Part shown: positions 9,186-19,808 of the stretch, in pieces
Position numbering within the stretch: position 1 is the stretch's first letter
How the letters are laid out: every line of letters starts with the position of its first letter
Assembly (NCBI GenBank): GCA_010093745.1
Contig: MU006035.1
Location: forward strand, 1-47,779
DNA: 47,779 nt
Direction of reading: 5' to 3'
Source of the DNA: Piedraia hortae CBS 480.64
Lineage: Eukaryota
Program-made: the position numbers and the translations under genes
Notes under the pieces: model-generated
Told to the model about the DNA's origin: nothing
The model's input: the letters and a program-made list of their open reading frames with translations, nothing else
The model's database searches: none

Positions 9186-12100
9186 CTATGCTTCGTCATC
9201 TGTATCAGGAGGCTTGGGAGTTCCCTTCGGTGAGTTCAACCATTCAATATGGCGAAGTCTTCTTCTTGCCTCACGTTCTTTCAACTGTGCTCGTGTGAGC
9301 TTCTTTTTCTTTCGTGCGCGAAACTTCATATCCCCCTCTGCTTCAGACACAGGCGCACTGCCAGCTGGGGTCCCGTTTGTGCTTGGCGCGGCAGACGATA
9401 CATTGGAGCTCGCCAGGGCAGAGGCCGGCCGACTGGAGTCGTCGAAACGATCAAGATTGACAGCCAAATGACCGCGTTGCGTCAAGCGACCGTCATTTAC
9501 ATGCCACTGCTCTGGACACAGCGCCCCAACAAACTCTTCGTTGTGCGAAATCATGACAACTCCGCCGCGGTAGTCGCGAATGGCCACAGCCAGACCACCC
9601 AGGCTGTCGCGGTCAAGGAAATTGGTAGGCTCGTCAAGGACAAGCAGATGGGGGTTATTCCACATGGCTCCCGCCAAGACGACCTTTACCTTTTGTCCTC
9701 CTGACAGTCCCGATATATGAGTATGGTTTGCAAATTCTGGATCCAAACCGAGATCTTCAAAATGTTTGGAAATAACCTGCGGCTCCAGCTGACGAAAGCC
9801 CAGGCCCTCCCGCGATGCCTCGTGGTCGTCAAACTCTTGGACCAGTTTCTGGAAGCCGTGGTCCAGCAGCGTCTCACGCGAAATCATAGTGTTGAACTTG
9901 GGTAGCCAACCTACCCACTTGACTTCATATTGAAAGCTTTTCTTGTACTTTTGCCGACCAATTAGGGCCTCAATCTGACGCGCACCGCGTCCATCACCAA
10001 CTTCAATGGGCTTCGACATCTGCTCACGTTCCTCTGCGGTCATGACGCGCGTCTGCTTCATCAGCACTTCGCGGTCATCGCCGTGGGCATATCGCCACTG
10101 CAGATATTGATTGGGGGTTTTTTCTAGGTGCATTTCTACGTGCTCCAGCGCGTGTTGCTTGATGTATCCAATGCGCAGATTGGGATGTTTCTCCACTTTG
10201 CCCTGCTGCGGCACAACTTCACCTGTCAGGACCTTGATGAGCGTTGACTTACCGGCACCGTTTGGTCCGATGATGGCCACGCGACTACTTAGCGTCAGCG
10301 CCGCCGATACCTCAATCAGACTCGGCTTCGATGCTCCAGGATAGGTGAACGTGGCGTTTGTCATTTTCAGAATGCTTCGAGTGTTGCTCTTAACGCCAGT
10401 GAGAATGCCTGGTGTCGGGAATTTGAACTGTGCCTGCGTAGCCGACAGCGTATAGTAAGACTTGGCCTCAGGGTAGGCTTTGACCAAGGCAGCCAGGTTG
10501 CCGCGATAGTGAACGAGCTTCTTGTTCTCGTAGTTGTAGATGTCAGTGCACACTTCATCCAAGAAACCGCTGTCGTGGGAAACGATGAGCGACGTGATTT
10601 CTGTGTGCTTCTTTAGATACTCCTGTAACCACTTGATATTGGCAACATCAAGGTGATTCGTCGGTTCGTCGAGCAAGAACACGTCGGCACGCATCAGCAT
10701 TGCACGAGCCAAGGCGAGCTTCATCTTCCATCCACCTGACAGGGAGCCTACATTCTGTGACTGTGTACCCTGAGGCCCCGACGTGAAGCCGACCTCTTCC
10801 AGAACGGCGGAGATCTGCTCCCGGCCTTCGTTCTGCAGCTCGGGATCTTTAAGGCAGTAGTCTAGGATGGTCAGGTCGGCGTCTTCTCCCTGGTTGTGCT
10901 CCACAAAGCAGGTGCGAACCTGGTCTTGAGGCGGGAATCCGTCCAGCTTCCCGTTGGCGATCGATCGCATCAGCGTCGACTTGCCCGCTCCGTTACGACC
11001 GCACAAACCGTAGCGGTGGCCCTTTAGGAGACGCATATTAGTGTGGGACAACAGCAGTCTGCCGCCATAGCCCAGAGAGAAGTTGGCATTGACAATCTCC
11101 ACCTCCCCGTCGTCGTCCTTGACAGGTCCTCCATATTTACGGTGATCTTCAGCTACGTAGAACTGGTGCACAGCCTCAGCCGCGGCTTCTGCCTGTTCTT
11201 TTTGCATCAGACCACACAGATATGGGGCGCAATTCTGGACTATACGTTCTAGGGCGCGTTGATTCACGTCCTCAGCCACCATTGCCGAGACAAACTGTTT
11301 AGCAAGCGGCCAGATGGCTGCATCACGAATTGTTTCACACTTTTTCGTCTCCGCCTCTAACACGGCGGCCACATCTTCTGCCAAGACCTTTTGTAGAGGC
11401 ACATTCTTTGCTTCCCCATTGGCTTGCGCCTCTCGGGGCTGCTCACCCATGGCCTTGAGCATTACGTCCAGCGCTCTCTGGCCAATCTCACGCACTTCTG
11501 GCAGAGAGGCACCGTTCCGGACGCGCTCAACGCCGGGCTTCAGCTTCGGCAGAAAGGCGCGAGCCTCGACGGGATCGTGCACTAGTTTCGTAAGGTTTTC
11601 GATGACAACGACCGTCTGACGGGTGACTTCCTGCGTCGTGGTGGGTGTGTTGAGCGACCGCTCGAGTAGCGGTGTCAGCAGGGCCAGAACGGGCGACTCA
11701 ACAACGGTGACAAACGTCGTCTGGCTGAGGGCGTGGATGGCCTTGCGCTGCGCCTCTGTGCTGGGATCTTCCATACTTTTGACCAACAACGGAATTCGTG
11801 GCGCCACGTCGTCGTTTTGCAGCAACGTCGTCAGGCTGCTCATGGTCTTCAATGCCTGCCGTGACACTTCGGACTTGAGATCGTGCATTGCAGCCTCGAC
11901 AATCGGGATCAGCCGGTCCAGCTTCTTGCCCATTGCCAGCCGCAAGACGTCCTTGTCCCGCTCCACCTCGGCGCTGTCCATCCCCATCTTGGCTCCTTCG
12001 GCCATGCGGCCCATCAGCCCCAGTGCGCCAACGGTGCCCTGCCATTTCCCTGTCTTCTTCCCTACGTGTTCTGTCAACAGCGGTAGCAGTCCGTGAACCT

Positions 12101-12545
12101 TGGCTTCGGCCGACAGATGCTTAAACAGGGCATCGAGCGCATACTGGGCGCCTTCTCTGACGGCGCTCTGCTTGTCAGCCAGCGCATCTAGGGCACAGGG
12201 CACAAGGCCCGGCGCCTGCAGCAGGAACACCACCTCGCTCAGCTTCTGCCTGGCCGGAAACCGCTCGAATATTGCCCCGAGGGCGAACATGGCGCCTTCT
12301 CGCCGTGCCGCATTCTTCTTGTCTGTCGCCGCCTTTGTGACTTCGTTCAGGATGCCGAATTGGTGCAGTCCCTGGTAGCCGACCGAGTTCAGAATGACGT
12401 CTGTCAGCGCATACGATGCATCCAGAGAAGCCTGAGATGTCTTTGACTTGTAGATGGTATCCGTAAGGCTCGCAATGTCCTCGTGCGATGGAGGCGTAGC
12501 TGTCGTGTTGGCCGCAGCCGTACTGGTGATCTCAGTTTCAGACAT
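9186..12545 (-). CDS. NEW1: eEF3-like ABC-F ATPase New1/Elf1
   Basis: HEAT-like N-terminus, two ABC cassettes (GRNGAGKST and GPNGAGKST, LSGG signatures), a chromodomain-like insert (FQYEVKW) and a New1-type tail (HIEWLNSPKGTPKPPDTDDE). The first ATG is 12545 (MSETE); the ORF track start is a GTG. Confidence 0.9.
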   Translation of the reverse strand: MSETEITSTAAANTTATPPSHEDIASLTDTIYKSKTSQASLDASYALTDVILNSVGYQGLHQFGILNEVTKAATDKKNAARREGAMFALGAIFERFPARQKLSEVVFLLQAPGLVPCALDALADKQSAVREGAQYALDALFKHLSAEAKVHGLLPLLTEHVGKKTGKWQGTVGALGLMGRMAEGAKMGMDSAEVERDKDVLRLAMGKKLDRLIPIVEAAMHDLKSEVSRQALKTMSSLTTLLQNDDVAPRIPLLVKSMEDPSTEAQRKAIHALSQTTFVTVVESPVLALLTPLLERSLNTPTTTQEVTRQTVVVIENLTKLVHDPVEARAFLPKLKPGVERVRNGASLPEVREIGQRALDVMLKAMGEQPREAQANGEAKNVPLQKVLAEDVAAVLEAETKKCETIRDAAIWPLAKQFVSAMVAEDVNQRALERIVQNCAPYLCGLMQKEQAEAAAEAVHQFYVAEDHRKYGGPVKDDDGEVEIVNANFSLGYGGRLLLSHTNMRLLKGHRYGLCGRNGAGKSTLMRSIANGKLDGFPPQDQVRTCFVEHNQGEDADLTILDYCLKDPELQNEGREQISAVLEEVGFTSGPQGTQSQNVGSLSGGWKMKLALARAMLMRADVFLLDEPTNHLDVANIKWLQEYLKKHTEITSLIVSHDSGFLDEVCTDIYNYENKKLVHYRGNLAALVKAYPEAKSYYTLSATQAQFKFPTPGILTGVKSNTRSILKMTNATFTYPGASKPSLIEVSAALTLSSRVAIIGPNGAGKSTLIKVLTGEVVPQQGKVEKHPNLRIGYIKQHALEHVEMHLEKTPNQYLQWRYAHGDDREVLMKQTRVMTAEEREQMSKPIEVGDGRGARQIEALIGRQKYKKSFQYEVKWVGWLPKFNTMISRETLLDHGFQKLVQEFDDHEASREGLGFRQLEPQVISKHFEDLGLDPEFANHTHISGLSGGQKVKVVLAGAMWNNPHLLVLDEPTNFLDRDSLGGLAVAIRDYRGGVVMISHNEEFVGALCPEQWHVNDGRLTQRGHLAVNLDRFDDSSRPASALASSNVSSAAPSTNGTPAGSAPVSEAEGDMKFRARKKKKLTRAQLKEREARRRLRHIEWLNSPKGTPKPPDTDDEA

Positions 12546-12807
12546 TTTGGCAAATTTGGTCTCCCAGAGGAATCTCAGGTCGGGCGCAAGGCCAAGAGTC
12601 TCTCTCTTCTTGTTCAGACGTTCCAGGGGCGCCGCGCGACAAGAAAGAAAATTCGCTAAGTGTGGTGGGTCAGGGTTCAGCCGCGTTGGATTGGTGCCTG
12701 AGGCATTATAGTCAGCAAAGACGCACATAACAGTTTTCTCATCTGAACTGTATATGAAATTGTTTAGATCGAGCACTTTGGACCTTAATCATTTTCAACC
12801 TCTCAAC

Positions 12808-14217
12808 ATGGACTACTCCACTTTTGCCAATGTCTTGGCAAAAGCCTATTCGCTTATCCTACTCCACTTGCATATTGTCTTCTCCGCCTTGCTTCCCATT
12901 TACACTGGCGCCTATGCCTCACTGTCAAGGCCACAGTCGGCTGGAAAACCAAAGAAGACATCCGGCAACCGCAAGGGGGAAGAGGCAGGATGTGCTGTGC
13001 CTATGGAAAGGCTTTCGGCCACGGATGCCATCCTTTTACCCATTGTGGGTGGAGCCACTTTGTCAGGATTGTACTTCTTGATCAAGCGATATGGAGCTGC
13101 CTTGGTCAACAAAATCCTCGCCTGGTATTTTTCCTTTATCAGTTTTCATTTCTTGACTGTATCCATCAAGGATGCCCTAAACGTTGTAGCAAACATAGCT
13201 CTTCCCAAATATTTTGCTCAGAATGGAAGGCTTTACAAAATAGACAGTCAAGGGAATCAGGTTGCCTTTGCTGACGGTAAGACGGCGACTCCTCGCTGGA
13301 AGGCAATTCGCATGGGCTTGAAACAAAAATACCTTGTCAAGATTCATGTATCTAAGATTGTGGATATTAAGGTCCAGCTTACACCAGTCAATGTCTTCGC
13401 CTCATTCGTTGCAATCGCATTAATCGCGTATGCCAATGCGGTCGGCCAACCATGGTGGCTCGTCAACCTTCAGGGGTTTGCCATCTGCTACATTGCAATG
13501 CAGCTAATGACACCGACTACATTCACAACTGGAGCACTGATCCTTTTTGGCCTCTTCTGCTACGACATCTGGGCCGTCTTCTTCACCCCAATGATGGTGA
13601 ATGTTGCTACAAATTTAGATGCGCCGATGAAGTTGCTCTTTCCACGCTCTGAGAATGCTGGTGCTGAGACCCCTTCGAAGAGCTACAGCATGCTGGGACT
13701 AGGTGATATAGTTCTTCCCGGCCTCAACATCGGACTAGCTCTCAGGTTCGATCTTTACATGCATTACTTGAAGAAGCAGAAGCTGGACCGTGACAACAAG
13801 GTCATTAAAGCGCCATATGTGTCAGTGGCTGGCAACTTTGGTGACCGCTTTTGGACGGCTGGCTTACCCCCCTCCGACAAGCCTGCGCAGTTGAATGTCT
13901 CTTTTCCGAAGCCATACTTCACAGCTGCCATGGTCGGCTACGTGATGGCAATGGCGGCCGCCTTTTCAGTCATGGCCATCTATGAACATGCACAGCCAGC
14001 CTTGCTTTATCTCGTCCCGGGCGTACTCTGCGCAATATGGGGCACAGCCCTAGTTCGTGGAGAGCTGAAACAAATGTGGGCTTATAGTGAGATGATCAAG
14101 AAAGACCGTAAGGCTTCTAAATCAAAGATGAAAAGTACAGTAGATGGCAAACGTCCAGCAACAGCTGCAAAGACACAAAAGCCCATGTTTGGTTTTTCAA
14201 TCACTCGTGGCACATAA
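12808..14217 (+). CDS. sppA: Signal peptide peptidase (GxGD intramembrane aspartyl protease, SppA/Ypf1 family)
   Basis: Catalytic YD (CYDIWAVF), GLGD (LGLGDIVLPG) and QPALLYLVP motifs with multiple TM segments. Likely start MDYST at 12808; an in-frame ATG also exists at 12754. Confidence 0.9.
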   Translation: MDYSTFANVLAKAYSLILLHLHIVFSALLPIYTGAYASLSRPQSAGKPKKTSGNRKGEEAGCAVPMERLSATDAILLPIVGGATLSGLYFLIKRYGAALVNKILAWYFSFISFHFLTVSIKDALNVVANIALPKYFAQNGRLYKIDSQGNQVAFADGKTATPRWKAIRMGLKQKYLVKIHVSKIVDIKVQLTPVNVFASFVAIALIAYANAVGQPWWLVNLQGFAICYIAMQLMTPTTFTTGALILFGLFCYDIWAVFFTPMMVNVATNLDAPMKLLFPRSENAGAETPSKSYSMLGLGDIVLPGLNIGLALRFDLYMHYLKKQKLDRDNKVIKAPYVSVAGNFGDRFWTAGLPPSDKPAQLNVSFPKPYFTAAMVGYVMAMAAAFSVMAIYEHAQPALLYLVPGVLCAIWGTALVRGELKQMWAYSEMIKKDRKASKSKMKSTVDGKRPATAAKTQKPMFGFSITRGT

Positions 14218-14298
14218 AAGTCGCATGAAGCCTCAAAAAAAAGACTCGTGAGTGCTTTTGACATTCAATGTGAACACGTAGTGCAGCAGTAATGACCA

Positions 14299-17200
14299 TT
14301 ACATTACCATACAATTTTCCTCGTCTCGCCTCTGATCTCGACGCGTGAGCTTTCCATTGACCGGTGGGGGTCTTCCTCTTCCACTTTTCTTCAACTCCTC
14401 TAATCTTTCCATTGCTTTTGGGAATTTGTATGCTGCAAGCCGTTAACACAATACTTCTAAATGATTTAAAACACCCACCTGCTGCACGTCCATACCACTT
14501 CCTCGCCTCTTCAGTACTAGCCTGACACCCAATGCCTTGCTCACAGAGATAGGCCATGGCAAACATTGCTTTTGGCAAAGGCGGCTCACTCGATGCAGCT
14601 TTGCGAGCCCACAAATAAGCCTCAGTTGGGTTAGGATCCAGTATACCTTCAGCACCGGTGAGATACCATCCACTCAGTGCCAACTCAGCCTGATGCTCTT
14701 CCTTTGCCGCAGCTTTGCTATACAGCTGGATAGAGCGTCTATGATCAACCGGCAAATCCAACTGACCATACTCGTAAGCCTGACCCAGCCTTAACAGCGA
14801 TTGTTTATGTTCCAACCCAGCAGCAGCTTCAAAAAACTCCCTCGCCCTGCGCACATCAGCAGGAAACTGACTCCTAATCACCGAATCCACATTCATAGGA
14901 TCATAAACCCTGCCCAACTCATGCAAAGCATGCGGATTAGTCTTATCAGCCTTCTCCGCCGCTCGATTGAGCCACATAATCGCGTCTCCCACCTCCCTCT
15001 TCTGACCCAACAGACCCTTGAGAAGCACAACCCCAAGCTTAAACTGTGCATTCCCATCATCAAGCATAGCAGCGTGTTTATACCACTGCAAAGCTTTAGT
15101 CAAGTCTTTGCTCGTCCCACCACCCTCTTCAGCACCCATCTCACAACAAAAAGCCGTGCGATATGCAGCTTGCGGGTGGCCCTGTTTGGCAGCTGCTTGG
15201 TAGAGTTTGAACGCCTCTCGAGAGTCTATATCTAGTCCCAGTGCTCCGTCGCCATAGCATTCGGCTAGGTAGAATTGTGCGTCGGGGTTTCCCATTGAGA
15301 CGAGCTTTTTCACTCTTTTCATTGCTTCTGAGACGTATTTTCCTCGGTTGCGTGCCGCGGTTTGGGGGTCTGGGTCTGAGACGAGGACTGTTGATGCCTC
15401 TGCGAGTCGCTTCGCGTATTGTAGGGATATGGCGGCGTTGTCGGGATCAGAGCTCACCTTTGAGCGTAGACGCTCGAGCATCTCGTGGGTGACTGGTTTT
15501 GACACGTCTGCAGAGGCCGAGGGCTGTGTAGTCGTCTTGCCGTAACTGCGGACAGGTGTGGGTTTGGGTTTGGAGGCTGCTGATTCGGGTAGAGGATGGT
15601 ACGGAAGTGCATCCGGATTGGAAGGGTTGTGCGGCGCCGGTTTAACTGGCCTTGGGGCGGGCTTCTGGGTGGACGGTAGTGGATCGCGGGCCCTTGTAGC
15701 TGGTTGCTGTACTTGATGAGGTGGTTTGTGGAAACGCTGTGGCTGCGGCTGCGGCTGCAGCTGCGGTAGTGATGCCTGGTAGTTGTAGTTGGGCTGATAC
15801 TGCATAGGGGATGCCTCGCTGGCATTGTGATATGGAGGCTGCATTCCCCGTCCTTGATTCAAAGCATGGCGCTGTGCTGGCTGATAATGTTCAGGGTAAT
15901 TTTGCCAACGAGCATTCTCAGCACGGTCAGGTCCGTTACCCCTCACACCATGATTGATATTTGGAGCTGGCTGAGAGTAAGGATTCACATCTCTAACAAC
16001 CTGATAGTGGCCTGTAGCGATGGGCAAAGGCGGCATTGGCGGCGGGACAGGACGGTGCATCTCCTTAAGATCGCGGTCAACCGTCTGACCTCGTCGGTGT
16101 GGCGCCTGTGATGGAGGTGAATCAAAGTTTGGCATTTCAGCTTCGATCTCTTCCTCACGTGTTCTTGGCGAGCTAGAGTATCCGTAGCCGGGTTCAGCCG
16201 TTACTTGATTCCGTTGATGGCTTGCTTTTGATGGCACGGGAGATGCATTTGGGCCTTGAAGAGGCCTCGATTGCCCTGGTAATGGCTGAGGAGACCCCGT
16301 AGTGTGATGACGAGGTGTGTGTGAAGTCGAAGGCCGCAATGGCAGCTGTACATTGTGCACTTGGCCTTGTCTTATATCTAGCTGAGGCAAGTATCTGTGG
16401 TCGTCCAATACGCCCGGATCTTCTGCTGTCCTCGGTCTACCGTATGCAGCATGCTGTGTAGGAGGTTGCCAATTTCCGTAAGGTTGATCAGCAGGAAAAC
16501 TAGTGTCCGAATTCTGATCATTACGACCTGCATAAGATGGGCCAGGTGGCATCCTCTGCATATGAGGTTGCTGAGCAAGTGGTTGAAAGTGAGAAAGATT
16601 CTTCGGACCAGCATTCAACGAAACTTGATTATACTGGGGCGAACTTCGAAAGGCCAACTGCTGACCACTATTGTTACGCAAGGTTCCAGGCCTTTGTTGG
16701 TGTGATGTTTCCAGCCTTGAGGAGACGGTGTTGGACCTGTGCTGTGCCTGAGCTTGATTCGATCCGTCATTACTGACATTTCGAGGTGCTACAGGCTTTG
16801 GGTCACTCCGCTTATGCCCAGGGGAAGTTTGCGGTCGTCGAGCCTCTTCACCAGATGTTCGACCCGCTGATTTTGATGTTCCTGGCCGCTCTGCTGCCTG
16901 TGCTTTGCGATCTTTCTTGGCATTGGTTGGAAAATGTGGAAAAGCATTATCTTGTGGGATGGCATTGGTAGTGTCAGAGTCTGCATGAAGTTTGGCCTTT
17001 TCCCTAGCCTTCCATTCCTCCATTGCGCTTTGCTTTTGCTCAGGTATCTGTTTTCGCGGAAGTGATAGTTGCGGAGCAACGCTACTAGGCTTCGCTGCAT
17101 ATTCCGGCTGTCTCGGCTGGTTTGTTCGAACCGAATGTGCTTCCGATATTTCAGAATACGCCGACGGGAGCTGCTGTATTGGCGGACGATTGACTGAAGC

Positions 17201-17596
17201 TGCTTGGAAATTCACTGGCTGTGGTTGATGCAGTGCGACTGGTGGCTGAGGCGGGCGTTGATATACACTCTGGCTGTACTGGTACGCATTATCCTGGACA
17301 TATCTGCCGTTTGGCTCGTAATATTCTTCGTAGTGTGGGAAATGTTGTTGGTATCCTCGATTGTTGGGATAACCTTGAACTGGAACCTGTTGTCCTGGAT
17401 GGCCCCAGGCAGGATCCATGCCATAGTCGTGATGTTGTGTGTGTTCTGATTGTTGCCAGCGATCATGGGAGCCCGCGTACTGGATATTCGGTTGCGTAGA
17501 CGGATCCCTTTGCTCATAGCCATAGTTGAGTTGCTGGGACGGTGCCCCTTGAGGATAATAAGGCCCATTATGTACTGTTCTTCCATTGTAGGCCAT
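14299..17596 (-). CDS. CHS4: Chitin synthase activator Chs4/Skt5 (SEL1 repeats, C-terminal CAAX)
   Basis: ATG 17596 (MAYNG), long P/Q-rich N-terminus and SEL1 repeats (AQFYLAECYGDG, AELALSGWYLTG). Intron 14433-14478 gives the final exon AYKFPKAMERLEELKK..EENCMVM*, stop at 14299-14301. Confidence 0.88.
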
Positions 17597-18116
17597 GTCT
17601 ACCACAGCAGCCTGAAGGGCATTGGAGTAATATCAGAGGCCAAAATTGGTAACTACCGGGTCCCCCGCATACGCGACCCCGATCAAGGCGCTAAAGAACG
17701 AGATCTACCTGTTATAACGGCAGGGATCGGCACGAGCGTGAGATCAAGGTCCAATCGGAGGTTAACGAGGGTCTAACCTATGCAGGGTCTCATGCGGGCG
17801 CGTTTTGACGGCGCTAACTAACACATCATCGGAGAAACCACGGTAGACTGTAGCTGTGGTCAGATGGCTGTCATGCACTGTGATTCACCAAGCTATTCTA
17901 CGCACTGTCTCAAGCTACTGATTCACAGTTGTCAAGTAGCCGCCTGCGGGCTCCGCCCCGATGCCGTCCGTGCGGAACGATTCCGAGCAGAGTCGTTCCC
18001 CTGGGGCCCCGCAAAATCCCGATGACAAAAGTCGTGACAGCAAGGTCCGCTCCGCTACAGCTCCAACAGCTTGGTTGACACTGGCAGTGGTTTGGTAAAC
18101 TTGTGCCACCACCAAC

Positions 18117-19713
18117 ATGATGAGCTGCGCGATGCCTCGGTCGCCCGCTTTCGTTCACCTTTCACGTGCAATTACCCCCGCAGCGACATCACGCGGATCA
18201 TTTGGAGCTCTGCGGCAGTTGCGGCCAACACCCACAAGACCTTTCAGCACTACTATCAGCATGTCTGTGGCTGAGCGCATCGAAACCGATGCCTTTGGGG
18301 AGATCAAGGTTCCCGGCGACAAGTACTGGGGCGCCCAGACCGAACGGTCCCTAGAGAATTTCAAGATCAACCAGCCGCAGGATCGAATGCCACCCCCTGT
18401 CATTCGCGCTTTTGGCATCTTGAAGGGCGCTGCTGCCAAAGTGAACATGAAATATGGACTTGGTAAGCCTTCAAAGCTGCCCAAATCGCGACTTGCTGAC
18501 CCGAATAGATCCAAAGTTGGGCAAAGCGATCCAGCAAGCGGCCGCCGAGGTCGCGAGTTTGAAGCTGATCGACAACTTTCCGCTGGTTGTGTGGCAGACG
18601 GGGTCTGGAACTCAGAGCAACATGAATGCCAATGAGGTAATTTCCAACCGTGCCATTGAAATTCTCGGGGGAAAGATGGGCAGCAAGAAGCCGGTCCACC
18701 CTAATGACCATGTCAACATGTCCGCTTCGTCAAATGATACTTTCCCTACTGTAATGCACATCGCCGCCGTTCTTGAATTCGAACAGGTGTTGTTGCCCAG
18801 CTTGAAGGCCCTGAGAGATGCCCTGGAGCAGAAGCAGCAACAATTTGAAAAGATTATCAAAATCGGTCGTACTCACCTCCAGGATGCCACTCCTCTAACA
18901 CTGGGCCAGGAGTTCTCGGGTTATGTTGCCCAGTTGGACTATGGCATTGAGCGAGTGCAATCTGCTCTTCCCAGACTCCGATATCTTGCCCAAGGCGGCA
19001 CTGCTGTAGGAACCGGACTGAATACATTCAAAGGATTCGCCGAGGATATTGCAGCCGAGGTCAGTGCCATGACCGGTACTCAGTTCTACACGGCGCCAAA
19101 CAAATTTGAGGCCTTGGCTGCCCACGATGCCATTGTCGAGGCCCACGGCCAGCTCAATACTCTGGCAGTCTCTCTTTTCAAAATTGCCCAAGACATTCGT
19201 CTTCTTGGTTCCGGCCCTCGGTGCGGTCTTGGCGAGCTTAGGCTTCCCGAGAACGAACCCGGATCATCCATCATGCCTGGAAAAGTCAATCCGACCCAAT
19301 GTGAAAGCATGACGATGCTCTGCACGCAGGTATTCGGCAATCAAGCAGCTGTTACATTTGCCGGCAGCCAAGGCAACTTTGAACTGAACGTGTTCAAGCC
19401 CGTTATGATTTCGAACCTGTTGCACTCGACTCGTCTGTTGGCTGACGGTATGAATTCTTTCAGGTTACACCTTGTAGACGGCCTTGAAGCCGACGAGAAG
19501 CGGATAGGAGCTCTGATGAAGGAGAGTCTCATGCTTGTGACGAGTCTGAATCCCGTCATTGGCTACGATGCAGCTTCCAAAGTTGCCAAGAACGCACACA
19601 AAAAGGGACTGACACTAAAAGAGAGCGCCATGGAGCTCAAAGTCTTGACAGAAGAACAATTTGATGAGACCGTGAGACCTGAGCTGATGATTGCGCCCAA
19701 GGAGAAGAAGTGA
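18117..19713 (+). CDS. FUM1: Class II fumarate hydratase with mitochondrial presequence
   Basis: [11 protein letters not shown] signature, [11 protein letters not shown] and [12 protein letters not shown]. Intron 18463-18508 joins KYGL|DPKL. An R/S-rich presequence precedes a second ATG at 18261. Confidence 0.97.
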
Positions 19714-19769
19714 ATGTTGTTAGAAGAGAAGTAGACGTGTACAAAGTTTTTCACCCATCTACATAACCC

Positions 19770-19808
19770 CATTCATTCATTCGTTCGTTCGTTCATTCAT
19801 TCATTCAT
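19770..19808. repeat. Compound (TTCA)n/(TTCG)n microsatellite overlapping the MMS19 stop codon
   Basis: cattcattcattcgttcgttcgttcattcattcattcat in the 87-nt gap between convergent FUM1 and MMS19. Confidence 0.85.

Noticed and set aside
12546..12776. N-terminal extension of NEW1 in the ORF track (likewise MMS19 22711-22809 and UBP6 29583-29600)
   Set aside because: These begin at GTG/TTG, cross promoter DNA and show no protein-like motif. The first ATG fits the family.
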